A stretch of DNA of 63,983 bases, the filler included. It is 12 parts of 12 records of this genome, joined end to end, with 100 filler letters (N's around TTAATTAATTAA, not from the genome) between each part and the next. Parts side by side here need not be neighbours in the genome. Positions count along the whole stretch, not along the records: positions 43,871 to 47,158 come from SRR7504441_10519; positions 47,259 to 50,469 come from SRR7504441_10529; positions 50,570 to 54,663 come from SRR7504441_10539; positions 54,764 to 59,975 come from SRR7504441_10542; 8 more parts are not named here. One strand, written 5' to 3'. Shown here one piece after another: positions 46,244 to 58,174 of the stretch. Below the pieces are notes generated by a model. That model had not been told where the DNA came from and made no database searches. It saw only the letters and a program-made list of their open reading frames with translations. The first letter of the stretch is position 1. The number at the start of each line of letters is the position of its first letter. Position numbers and translations under genes: made by a program.

Positions 46244-47053
46244 ATGGAGGTGGATGACGAAAGCTCAGACTTGGAGGTGGATTACGAAAGCTCAGACTTG
46301 GAGGAGGGCCCTGATTTTGAAGTCGCGCATGGCACCCTGCGTAAAGGGATTCTGAACACTCTTGACCCGGCCGATCAGGAGCAGATGGAGAAGGTGATTG
46401 ATAAGCCAGTTTTGGAGCGACTCACGGCATTCATGACGTACATGCGACCAAAATATGCTATTAGATCTGGACCGAACAGCGTGATCGAGAGTGTGCTACA
46501 ACACTTCGCGACCATCAACTCGCGGTCGAACGGTGACATAGGGCAAGGCGGGGACTCTGGCACAGAGGACAGCGTGCAACAGCGGCACGCGGGCGACGAG
46601 CATGCCACTGGGGCACCCGACAAGCGGGTGGAGACCCAAATCGATCAATCACCCGACGCGGGGGTGTTGCAGGAGATGCAAGATGTCATGAACTGCATCT
46701 ATCAAGTAATGGAAGTGGGTCCAGGCGGCGTGGAGGCCTACGAGCTGCTCCAATCCGTGCTGGTCGACACAAAACTCCCGCCAGCCCGCATCGAGGTTCT
46801 GGGCATCTACCTGCGTTACATTGCCAAGAGCATCTATGCAATGTTGCGGCAAACGCAAAAAAGGGAAGGCCACCGCATTCAGCCCAACAGCTCCGACATG
46901 ACTTCGCTGATTTTCACATGCACGGTGCTTGCCCTGTCTGCCGAGCAGGTGTCCCGGGACGAACCAATCCTGTCTCTTGGCGAACTCCAACGGCGATTCA
47001 AAGGGGTAGAGCTGTTTGAGCAGCTTTCTATGATGGCAAAGCGAGGGCTTTGA
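46244..47053 (+). CDS. Orphan helical protein with acidic 9-aa N-terminal duplication
   Basis: Intronless ORF. A 27-bp tandem repeat at 46247-46300 encodes EVD(D/Y)ESSDL. Confidence 0.45.
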   Translation: MEVDDESSDLEVDYESSDLEEGPDFEVAHGTLRKGILNTLDPADQEQMEKVIDKPVLERLTAFMTYMRPKYAIRSGPNSVIESVLQHFATINSRSNGDIGQGGDSGTEDSVQQRHAGDEHATGAPDKRVETQIDQSPDAGVLQEMQDVMNCIYQVMEVGPGGVEAYELLQSVLVDTKLPPARIEVLGIYLRYIAKSIYAMLRQTQKREGHRIQPNSSDMTSLIFTCTVLALSAEQVSRDEPILSLGELQRRFKGVELFEQLSMMAKRGL

Positions 47054-47158
47054 ATATATTCAACGCCGATTACCGCAATTAAGACTTAGGGTATGTTCCA
47101 TAATTCACGTGGTCATTTTTAATACATTAATCCGTTGAAAGGATGTGACATGTGCCCG

Positions 47159-47258
47159 NNNNNNNNNNNNNNNNNNNNNNNNNNNNNNNNNNNNNNNNNN
47201 NNTTAATTAATTAANNNNNNNNNNNNNNNNNNNNNNNNNNNNNNNNNNNNNNNNNNNN
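47159..47258. other. Artificial contig linker
   Basis: N run with TTAATTAATTAA. Confidence 0.98.
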
Positions 47259-47517
47259 CCACCACCCCCTGGCTCTCCCACGATGCGTCCTTCTCCAACC
47301 GTAGCTGGCCCAGCCAGACTTCCGTCACGATGTCCAACTCGAGCCCCAGCTCGCGCTCCAGCGACGGCGCCACTGGCTCCCACGGCCGCACCTGGACGGC
47401 TTGGGCAGCGCCCTCCCGGTACACCTGCAGCCCGATCGGCGGGGCGGCCTCCCGCCGGTCCTTCTGCCGGTCCAAGTCGGCCTGCTGGAGAGACTCGGTC
47501 GAGCCACACCCGCCCAT
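47259..47517 (-). CDS. 5' fragment of a possibly N-myristoylated/palmitoylated protein
   Basis: N-terminus MGGCGS; the ORF is open to the contig end. Confidence 0.4.
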
Positions 47518-47686
47518 CGGCCCGCGCGCGTATCACCAGGTGGGGCGCTCAAGGTGTGGAGAGAGAATGCGCTTGATACGTGTGGCTCGCTAAGGCGAGG
47601 GGTTAGGGATCCGCGGCACCGTGGCTCTGCATGAGGTAGAATGCAGCGAAATTCCGTTGGTGACGAAGCCAGACTTCCATCCGCGC

Positions 47687-50334
47687 ATGGAGCCTGAGGA
47701 GGACGGCTCGTGGCAGCTCGATGCTGGTACGGACCCGCCCTTCCTTGGGAGCGACCTCAGCGGTAGCAGCGCCCCGTTCGTGCCCTCGTTCCGGCGCAAC
47801 AGGAGCAGCACCGACCGGGCCCGTCCGGACGACCCGCAGACCCTGTCGGACCTGCGGAGCATTATGACAGAGGTAGGGCTGGACCAGGAGCACGAGCCCA
47901 TTCCTGTCCGGAGCACCGGGCCCAGTGCAGGCGTGATCGGCGTGATCGGCCGCGGCCGCAAGTCCGCGCCGGGGCCGGAGCCGCCCGAGCGCGCCGAGGC
48001 GGCCGCGGGCGGGCTGATTGGGCTGTCCGGCCGCTCGTCGGTCTACGAGGGCCTCGGGCTGCCAGGGCTGCCGATCGGGCTGGCGGACAGCACGCGGGCG
48101 TCGTGGGCAACAGGGGTGATTGACGACACGGCTGGGTCACCGAGTTTGACCCCAGTGGTCTCGGCGCCGGAGCCTCTGGACGACGATATGGAGAAGGAGA
48201 TGATGGACTTGCTTGCGGAGGAATCGCCCCAGCCTGTGGCCGACAAGCCGCCGGTGGCACCAAAGTCTGTAGACAGTGACACGGCCAGGTCGTCCGCGGC
48301 GTCGGACCGGCCTCCGTCGCAGGGATCCGACCGCCGAGGCTCTACGTCGACAGTAGAAAAAGAGCGGCGGACGTCTGTCGTGAGTCTGGGATCAGATAAG
48401 ACAGCAGAGCGGCGGAGCTCGGTGCGGGACGAGTCTGACTCGGCGCCGCGACGGTACAAGACCAAGCAGTGCATCAATTGGCAAAAGACTGGTAAATGCA
48501 GCTACGGCGGTCGGTGCCAGTTTGCACACGGCTCAGTCGAACTGCGCCAGTCAGTAGACAGTGACACGAGCAGCGTTAGCGGGCAGGAACGGCCGTCGTG
48601 CGGCTCGTGCGAGAGCGACCGGCCGAGAGTGTGCTGGAACTGGGCCAACACAGGCAGCTGCAAGTTCGGTGACAAGTGCACTTATGCGAGCAGCCACACT
48701 ACAGACAACTTCGGCGCCGAGGTCTCTATCCCAATATGCCGATTCTGGTCGTCCAAAGGGCACTGCCCGTATGGGAGCAAGTGCAACTCAGCGTCGACCC
48801 ACCGGCCGGAGAATATGCCACCGGAGGGCAAACGTGAATCGTTTGAAGGGCGGAGGAGTAGCAAGCACTCGGAGAGGAGCGGGGGGGCGGATACCCGCAG
48901 CCGGGGTTCGGAGCAGGAGCAGCTGAGCGAGGAGGAGATCCTGCAGCTGATGGACGACAGCGACAAGCAGAGCAGCAAGGCGAGCGAGCTGTTCAAGGCG
49001 GCTGGGTTTGGGAGTATAGCGAGGGTGCAGGGACTGCTGGACATGCAGGTGGATCCAAACATTGGTGTGGTGCATGGGCGGACTGCGCTGATGCAGGCGG
49101 CCTCGTGGGGCCATACGGAGTGCGTACAGGCACTGATTGACGCTCGGGCCGACCCTTGTGCCAAGGACCCTGGCGGCAAGACTGCGCTGTTCCTAGCAAG
49201 AGTGCACGACCAGCAGCCGTGCATTCAGCCGATCCAGGAGGAGCTGACCGAGCTGCTCGCGGCCGCCTGCACCGAGGGCGTGCCCGACCGCATTCGACAG
49301 CTAGTTGACTCGGGAGCTGAGCCAAATATCTGCAAGGAGGGCCGATACCCTCTTGGGCTGGCCGCAGCTCGGTCGGACGCCGAGTCGGTATGTGGCCGGG
49401 CTGGCGGCCGCGCGAGCATCCGGCAGGTGTCGGCGCTGCTCCGAGTGCGAAGCAGTTCGAACGCCAAACTCAAGCTGGACGTCGCGGATCTGCAGACCGG
49501 TCAGTGTCTGGATGAGCGCCACTGTCTGACTGGGACGCAGGTATGACTCCGCTTTGCCACGCGGCCAAGGCCAACAACCTGGCCGGGCTTGAAGCCCTGC
49601 TCGCGGCAAACGCCGACCCACGGGTGCGGGACTCGGCAGGGAGCGACGCCCTCGCGCATGCAGCTGCGGTGCAGAGCGGCAGATGCGTGAGGGCGCTGCA
49701 GGCCACGCTGGCAGAGCAACTGGCCAAGAAGGAGCAGATGGGGAAGGCCAGCCGGAAGGCGGTGGGCGCGGGGGAGGTGGATAAGAACAGTTTTGCCAGC
49801 TTGCTAGACCAGGAGCAGGATGTGAGACATTCGGGCGGATCAGCGGGGAGACAGCCGGAACCTGCTTCGGGGCGAGAGTACACTAGCCAAGATGACGAGG
49901 AGGAGCAAGATGAAGCCGAGGAGGACGAGGAGCCGGCGGCCGAGGTAGTAAGGTCGTCGCGAAGGGGACAACAGCCTAACACTAGTAGAAACCGCAATAC
50001 CAAGAAGACAAAAACGCGAGGTCAGCGGCACAGAGAGGACGAGTTGGGTGCGGGCAACAAGTCTGAGGCTGGAGTTAGATGGATGGATATGTGGACGTTG
50101 GAGGGCCAGCTCAGCGGCGTGGGGCTGACGCATGTGCTGCTCTTGACGGCATGCATCATGTGTGTGGTCCTGATAACAAGGGATTTAGTGGGGCACTTGG
50201 TCATGTCGGACCGAATCAGCGTCGGTGGGTTTGGCGAGGTGTGTGTGCGAGCGGTGTCTGGAGCGTGCGGATCCATAATGATTCACCTGTGTGTCTCGTT
50301 GATATTCCCTATCTTCTCTCACTTGAAGTCCTAG
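47687..50334 (+). CDS. CCCH zinc-finger + ankyrin-repeat protein with C-terminal hydrophobic helices
   Basis: YKTKQCINWQKTGKCSYGGRCQFAHG plus two variant CCCH fingers. Ankyrin repeats GRTALMQAA, GKTALFLA and GMTPLCHAA. Two hydrophobic segments at the C-terminus. Confidence 0.8.
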
Positions 50335-50469
50335 CTCCTGAACAATCTGAACATTGGCTTTCGTGTTGAATTCGTATTGGAAGAAGTTTACGTACCGACC
50401 GGTATGTACGGTAGGTTGTACCAATGAATTCAATTAGAGTTCAATGATTTTACTGCACGCTTTTCTGTC

Positions 50470-50569
50470 NNNNNNNNNNNNNNNNNNNNNNNNNNNNNNN
50501 NNNNNNNNNNNNNTTAATTAATTAANNNNNNNNNNNNNNNNNNNNNNNNNNNNNNNNNNNNNNNNNNNN
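50470..50569. other. Artificial contig linker
   Basis: N run with TTAATTAATTAA. Confidence 0.98.
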
Positions 50570-53500
50570 GGCCGAGCCGTAGAATCTGTGGCTGAGATCG
50601 GCCGGTGCAGCATGCGGACGATCGATCTCGGGACGAGCAAGAAGCAGTTCCCGGCCAAGGGGATCCTGCAGGCGGTTGGGTTCAGAGATACGCTCGCCCG
50701 GATGGTCTACGACCGCCTCTTCATGTGGATCATCGAACAGTGCCCAACTGAATCTAACAGAATCTAACGGATCCACAGGTGCTCTCAGCAGCTGCAGACG
50801 GGGGCCAATCTCAGGGGAGACGTTTTCCTGGGAGTTTTGGACATTTTCGGGTTTGAGTTCTACGAAAACCACCAGCTTCGGCCCAAGGACATGCAGGCAT
50901 GCGGGACTGGGGAGGCGTTGGCGATGGGTTTGTGAATGCAGGTTGTGAACGGACTTGATCAGCTGAACATCAACATTTGCAACGAAATGCTCCAACAGCA
51001 GGTCCCACCAGAGTTTCTAATCTAGGACCGACTGGCCGCAGTTTGTTCAAGTGATTTTTGGGCTCGAAAAGTACAGCTACGACGTCCAGAACGTTAAGTT
51101 CAACTTCGAGGGCTACGCCGACAACAAGGTCCTCACCTAGCACAGCACGCTCAGCAGATTACAGGTCGCTTGCGACTTCCTCTCATCCAACAAAGGCCCG
51201 CTGCTGGTGGCCCTCCGAGAACCGGCCAAGAAGCGCAAGACCGACAAGGCCGGAGACGAGTCTTTCCTGGAGGCGCTCAAGCGAACGGTGCCCGCACAGC
51301 GAGAGCGTGTTACTAGCGACGGTGTCAGGTCAAGTCCGAGAAGCAGTTCAACGGACAAGACGACAGCAAGCGGAAGAACCACCTTGCGGTGCTCTAATCG
51401 GACCACAGACCGGCTGAGCGCGGGCAGGTATACTTGGACTTTGACACGTTGCGGGGCCGGCGGGCGTTCAATGGATTGGATGGCGGGGCTTATGGCAACC
51501 GCGAGATTGACGGCAAGGTCGCCCCGGGGCTGCTTATGGGCTGTATGATGCGCCTGCAGGTGAGTGACAAGGAAGTGAAGGACATCAACGAGTCGTTCGT
51601 GGAGCGAGGCGCCGGAAAGTGCCCGGTGACATGCGTGAATCCCAGCCGTTTGACTGGCCGGGCAGTCATTTGGGATCCGCCACTACGCGGCCGAGGTTGC
51701 TTACGACTGCCGAGGTAACTGACAGCGGAAGCCCCAAACCTGACCGGCTGCTGGGCAGGCTGGTGCGAGAAGGATAAGGACAACCCAACAGACGAGATGG
51801 CAATTTGCCTGCAGGCGCTGTTATCTGCTGGCATGGCTGAGTCTGCTGGCTGCAGCACTCGGGTGACAGCCTCTTCCTTTCAAAGATCTTCTCCGGCGGA
51901 GCTTCGGCCGACGCGCCCGGGGTGACTGCGGCGTTCTGCGGCTCGCTGCACAGCTTGATCGACACGCTGAGCGCCACCGATATGAACTTTGTCCGTTGCA
52001 TCAAGGCGAGCAACCCTCTGGCGCCTCGGATCTTCCAATCGGCGCTCGTGCTCAAGCAGCTCAAGTGAGGCTATAAATAAACTTCTCTGTGCTCAGAGCG
52101 GGGCAGGTACACTGGCATGCTCGACACTCTCAAGATCCGCACGTTTGGGTTCCCGATCCAGAAATCCTACCAGGTCGACTGGCGCGTGACAGTGTTAAGA
52201 CAGTAACTGCAGGACTTCGTCGACTGGGCCAAGGTGCTCTGTCCGGATATACCCAAGGAGCCGCTCGACGCCGCCACCGAGGGGATGGTCAGTCACATGG
52301 GCTCCGCCTACTGCGCCCAGGTCCGTCACACCTTCCTAATCGGGCAATCGGGCCCAACAAGGCCCGTCACACCTTCCTAATCGGGCGACGACCGCAGGTG
52401 TTTGGAGAGCTGCCCCAGTCCGACCAATTCTTCAAGAAAACTGTCGAGGGCGGGCAGCAGGTGCCGCGTTGAATCCCAACGGCTGTGACACGGGCTCAGG
52501 ATAAGTGCGCGATCGTGCAAGGCAAACCGGCCAACCCTGCCAAGACCGCCCCGGTGCGCCGACCTAGCCTGGCAGCATCCTCACTGGGTGGCAGCTGGTC
52601 ATGATGCGTGACTGGTTCTTCCGCGGGCTTGACAAGAAGCGCATGCTGCTCCTCCGGTCTTAACACTGATTAAGCCTGGACTGACGGGCTGTGCCAGCGA
52701 GTACATGGACGTGGCGCAGGCCGCAGTCAAGATGGCTGTTCGCACTTACCTCTGGTATGGGGTCAAGCAGAAAGGCTGCAGGATTCTTGGCCCAATGCTC
52801 CGGTGATCGCTCGACCCATTACAGTCTTGACTGGCGGCGGTCAGCGGTGCGTTGGTCACAGAAGAATATCTGAACAGCAAGTGGCGCTTCCTCGGGAAGA
52901 ACGCACGCACCCAGCTGGTGCTGCTGATCCGCGCCCAGATCGCTCGGAAGCAGTACCAAGTCGAACGGGTGAAGAATCCCCAACGGGCTTAACGGACACT
53001 AACGGACTCTCAGGTTAAATTCTTTGAGGCGTCCAACCGGCAGCTCGTAGTCGGTTTGATCCACGCGACTGTGCAGCGCCAGATGTGCGCCCCGGATTAA
53101 TCAGTGTTAAGGCGGATTGTCGAAGGTACTACGAAGCCAAGCTTCGATGGGCGGACATGCTAGTTCGAGAAAAGGAGATCGCTGCGCTCCAACAGCAGGA
53201 CAAGTATGCTCGCCAGCTCAACGCCGAGCGCGAGGAGGAGGAGATGGCTGCAATGGATGTGACCAATCCCCAGCTGTTTCGACTGACCGAATCTGGCACA
53301 GGAGCAACAGCTGATGCAGAAGGAAGAGGCGTACGTGCATGCTCTGGTCGACGCCCGGTGAGCGGGTCGGTTAGGATTGTGGCTTATTAGCGGCAGATTC
53401 TTCGAGGAGATGCAGATGCGGAAGCAGAAGGAAATTGACCTTTGTGAGGCTAAATACCGAGTGAGTTGGCTGGTCGAAGCTGTCTAGTGCTCGCATTATA

Positions 53501-54304
53501 GTCGTCTAGCGGCTGTCTCCGTGTGTATATCATATGCAGTGGCATGTAGCGGTGACCGCGGCTGGGGTTGTTGCAGGAGGCCCAAGTAGAAATCGATCGG
53601 ATGCAGAAGCAACAGGACGACCTCGACGAGCTCGACGAGCTCTTCGACACCCAGAACGGTCACCTGCCCAGAAGCCCCAACCGCCCATCGTTTGCAGGCA
53701 AGCAGCTGCTGGCGTTTATGAAGCAAGTGCTCGCCGACAAGGAGCGCAAGTGGCAGGAGACTTGGGCCAGCCAATTCGGATGGGCAGTCCGGACCTACCA
53801 GGCACATTCGCTTAATACAACACTGTGTAACCGGGGTCTCAGCTCGAAAACCGAGATGACGTCATGAAAGAGCACCCGTCTCTGCCGCCTCGCCCGCGCG
53901 GGGCCGATGATAGCAAGCAGGAGGTCCGGGCCTGGCGCGAGTACTTGTTCGGGGAGCAGGCGGCGGTCCAGGTTAACTCGATCTGCCCGATTAGGAAGTG
54001 TTAAGCTATGTAACTGCAGATGGAGGCGCTCGACTTGTACGAGGAGCGAGCTAACGAGGACCTGAAGATCCTCAAGGAGCAAGCCCATTCGTGGGAGCCT
54101 ACGTCCCCAGAGTCCCCAGTCCGGTCGGAGCCGGTCCCGCTCGAGCCCGAGTCCCCGATGGGAGCCGAATCTCGTCGATTTTTGAGCGTTGCGATGGACT
54201 GCAGCGTGGAGGTTGAGGCGATGGAGCCGGCCGTGCGGGCGGCTCTCAAGCGATGCATCGCCAAGCTGATCAAGGTCAACACGAGCAAGGTGGCGCTCGG
54301 ATGA
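50570..54304 (+). CDS. Divergent myosin heavy chain (motor C-terminal half, neck, coiled-coil tail), 5' truncated, about 20 micro-introns
   Basis: The spliced frame gives RDTLARMVYDRLF, GVLDIFGFE (switch II), QLNINICNEMLQQ, FGIRHYAAEVAY, FVRCIK and QLKYTGMLDTLKIRTFGFP. Confidence 0.92.
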
Positions 54305-54663
54305 TCAAGGCTACTTACCACTCGGCCTCGGAGGCTTTATACCGGGCTATGCGTGCACAATCAACAGTTTCCCTCGTGTTATTAAATTATTATTAAATAG
54401 ACTGCTCGTCCTTTGGATAGCTTGAATGTATCAAAAATAAAACGATTTACAACTCTCTCTATACGTGCGTAGCATCATTATGAAGGCGCTTAGAACCGGC
54501 TTTGCTAAGCGCTCTCATAGCGCTCTCATCTGTAGCTTGCGCTCTCCTCTTTTCTTTTTTTCTCCGCCGCCTCAATTAGCGCAGCTACCTCGGTGCGGCC
54601 ATAGCCAGCTGCCAACATCAGCGCAGTGTAGCTATCCTGATCCTGCAGGTCCAGCCCCGCCCC

Positions 54664-54763
54664 NNNNNNNNNNNNNNNNNNNNNNNNNNNNNNNNNNNNN
54701 NNNNNNNTTAATTAATTAANNNNNNNNNNNNNNNNNNNNNNNNNNNNNNNNNNNNNNNNNNNN
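54664..54763. other. Artificial contig linker
   Basis: N run with TTAATTAATTAA. Confidence 0.98.
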
Positions 54764-55415
54764 CCGACGGTCAGCAGCCCTTCTTCTGCCCTCCTGGGGC
54801 CGTCTCCACCTGACAGACCGCGGGGATCGCCGGAGGGGGGGGGGGGCTTTGGGCTCGCGCGCGCCGCGCACAGCAGGGCCAGGAGTGTGGCCAGCGCCCA
54901 CGCCATTGGGCCGTTTCTGTTGACTGTGTTGCGCGAAGTGAGGATGTCATCGATGTTGGGCTGCCCACTCAGGCTCACCCCGCGGTCGCCGGGGCGCATT
55001 CCTAGTCAAGTCCAGATGCCGGAGGGTGGGAGATGGACCGGAAGCGGGCTCCGGACTGTCTGGGTGAGCCGGGCGGGGCCGGACGTCGCCGCCGCCCCCA
55101 TCCCCGCAGCCTAGGTGCCGCCCAGCACGGCGCTGTCCTCCCAAAGGCGGGCAATTTGTCCGTTGGGGTGCAAGTCCGGCAATTATGAACCAAAATCAAA
55201 GTTGAGCTGCGTCCGTTGCCCCAACAACTTGGTTAGGTCCCCCAAACTCATAGTAATTCTCCCCAAATCAGTTAGAGAGTCCTCAGACAACGGCAGCTTG
55301 TCTCTCGCTTGTCATCGCCGGGGCACGGCCTAGGGGGGCGCTCTCTTCCTCTCCGCGGCCCGGGTCGGGTCTGATCCGGCCGGGGGGGAGGGGCCAAGAG
55401 ATCGTCCGTCATCCG

Positions 55416-57570
55416 ATGGAGTTCATGGATGATCGATACCCCACCGCCGCCGCCGGTCCGGGCGTGGTCGGCCCGCCCCCAAGCTTCATCGTTGGCGGTC
55501 GATCCGAGGAGCGGGTGGTCTTCTATTGCAAGGCCAACCTCTTCAAGACGGTGCGCCCCGCCCCCTACCCCGTCCCCCTCCCCCCGCCGCCCCGCGCATG
55601 CCCCACCCCCCTCCCCCGGCCTAGACTCGCCGCTCGCTTGAGGTCGTCGCTTGCCAACCCAACCCCAAGCCCCCGGCCCGATCCCCGGGCTCCGGGGCGC
55701 CGGATGCGCAAGAACGCGGCCGTTGCATGCCCCCGCCCCCCGGCCCCACCCCAGCTGGCGGCCCGGCTCGCTTGGCTTGAGGCTTGCCCCGACAGGTACG
55801 CAACTTTACCAAGCCGTCCCCCCAGCGCCGCCGGTCGCTTCAGCCGGTCCGGCTAGGCGACGGCAGCTTGGATCCGTCGGCCAACTGCCGATTAGCGCAG
55901 GACGGCCCGGCTGGCGAAGTGGCTTCCCGGAATATTGCATGGACTGCTTGCTTTGCACCTCCCACTCCGACGTACGTAGCCCCACCTGAATTAGTGGTTG
56001 CCCCGTGGTTTGCAAGCCGGCTTGGCATTCGCCAATGGCCAAGCTCCAACCGGGCGCGTGCCCTTTGCCCGGCTTGGAGACTTGGGCCGGCCATCTTGAC
56101 CGATGCGCCATACCCGGCTTGTTGCCAGCCGATGGCCACTTGAGTGCTTAAGTTGATGCATCCTAGGAGGGTTGGGGCTTAGCTGGGGGGCTCCATCTGA
56201 GCCGGGGCTGCAGCGAGGTGGAGATTGTTATAGTACACTCCGGGGAGATTGGGAAGAGTGACATTGGCAAGGACCTAGCTCGCAAAGGGACGCCTGTTGA
56301 GGAATTCGACAGCATCACGTACATGTTTAGCGCGACACACAGCCGGTGATTCAGCGGCCCGGCCCAACTCGGCTTGCGGCCTGACTGGTGTCATATTTGT
56401 AGTTATGACATCGACATCGAATTGCTTGCCAAAAAGGAGAATTCTTTACTCAAGAAGCGGAACGGTGCCAGCTCAGCTTGGTCCTGCAAGCTGAGCCGGG
56501 CTGGGGCAGCCGGGCTGTCCATCATGGCTAGAGCCCACCACAAGGAGTCCAAGCAGCATCTTGGTGATTCACCTCCTGTAGCGATCCGAGGGCCAAGCCG
56601 GCCGGGCGGGCCTTCGACCACGCCCTCACCACCTCCGCACCTGTGGTGCCCAACTGTAGTGCCGTCGCCTGTGGTGGCCTCCACGCCCGAGATGTTCCTC
56701 TCACCGCAAGACCGGGCCTCGGGCGAGCGACCGGCCGTGCTCACGCCATCAACTGCCCCGCATCAATTCCAGCAAGTGCAGGCCAAAGTGGTGCCCACAA
56801 ACCTAGCAATCCGTTACCCATCCAGCGGGGCGCCCTTCTCGCCGATGACGCGGATGCAGAGCCCAAGCTCGGCCTTGGCCTGCACGATGGATGGGCTGGC
56901 GCTCCAGCAGGTGCAGCAGTTACCTGTCGCCTCGCTATCGGCTGCGGCCACACCCGAGGCGGAGCAGACAAGCCGCGCCAAGGGGCATATGCATGACTTG
57001 TTCACGTCGCACGCGTGCCTGTACAGTCCGCGCATCCCGATGCCAATGAGTGTGAATACTGAAGCTCATCCTCCGGTAGCCGAGTGGGCGGCCGAAGGTG
57101 TGGAGCTGCCCCCTGCTGATCCGAGCTTGCCGCCGCTGCGCAAGCGAGGATCCGAGTACTGTTTGACGGACTGCGAGGAGATTGAGGAGCGGAGCCAGCG
57201 CGCGCGCAAGAACGAGTCCGGTGGCAAGGACTGGGTGTCGCCCCCGAGCAGCGCAGATTTGGGTCTCAAGGACTGGGCAAGCAGCCAGGATGAGATGCTC
57301 AAGACTCAGCGGGCATATCTGGAGAGCGAGCCCGAACTAGCACCGTTCCCGCGCCCCCGGGCTAGCCGCGCGCAGGAGGGGGGCGCTAGCCGGGATGGGA
57401 CCGGCGCGGGTCACGGCCGGTCGAGTAGGCAAGAGCTGGATGAGGATGAGCAACTGGCTGAAAGCCCTGGGGAGGCGAGCATGCAGTCGCTGCCCGAGCT
57501 TTTCCTCACCCGGGATTCGTTCCCGGGTCTGCCAGGGATGGGTGCGAGAGCGATGCCGATGGGTCGCTGA
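55416..57570 (+). CDS. Hypothetical Pro/Ser-rich protein; 5' exon structure unresolved
   Basis: A long terminal exon (ORF 56374..57570) plus upstream ATG 55416 with a GT donor. I could not join the exons unambiguously. Confidence 0.35.
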
Positions 57571-58174
57571 GCGGTCGGTTGCAGGGTTGCAGCAAAGCCA
57601 CTCGAGTATGTTTCTGGGGCCAGTGGGCGGCGAGGAGCTTGCCGAGGAGGACCGCAGAGCAAGCTCGGTGTAGGGGGGCATAGCAATGATTGAGCGCAGC
57701 GGGTGGTGGCGGGTCTGCGCAATTTGGGAAATATTTTATTTGTGAGAGAAGGCGGGAGTGGCTGCAGGGGCGATTGGAGCATAGTTGCACTGATCAGCCC
57801 CGTGTGCAGCACACATTAGAGCCAAACTAGTGTTTCAGTCGGTTAGAGAGACGACTGAGTAGCGGCTGAGTTGAATCAGCCTTTGGGACGGTCATGAATT
57901 CAGTGTAATTATCGTCCAAAGACTGATCTGATCAACGGCCAGGAGCTTACATGATTACGTAAGTTAAAAACTTGTTGACGTATGTGCCCAGACCCCAGGC
58001 GCGCTTCCATTTGTACGATTTCCAATCTTGAACCCAACTAGCCGTGCCCTTCTGGACACACGTTTCTATTCCTCACGTCCTCACAATGTCATCCTCAGCG
58101 CGCGAGCGCGTCTCAGACTCTCAGTTCCTTCTGCCTGACTCTCGAATCCGTTGATTGTTCATCGCTCGCTCCTC

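Noticed and set aside
50570-54304. Fragmented ORFs (myosin, VPS11, RasGAP) as pseudogenes or evidence of stop-codon reassignment
   Set aside because: The frames are restored by short GT/GC-AG introns, and TAA, TAG and TGA all terminate intact genes in the window.
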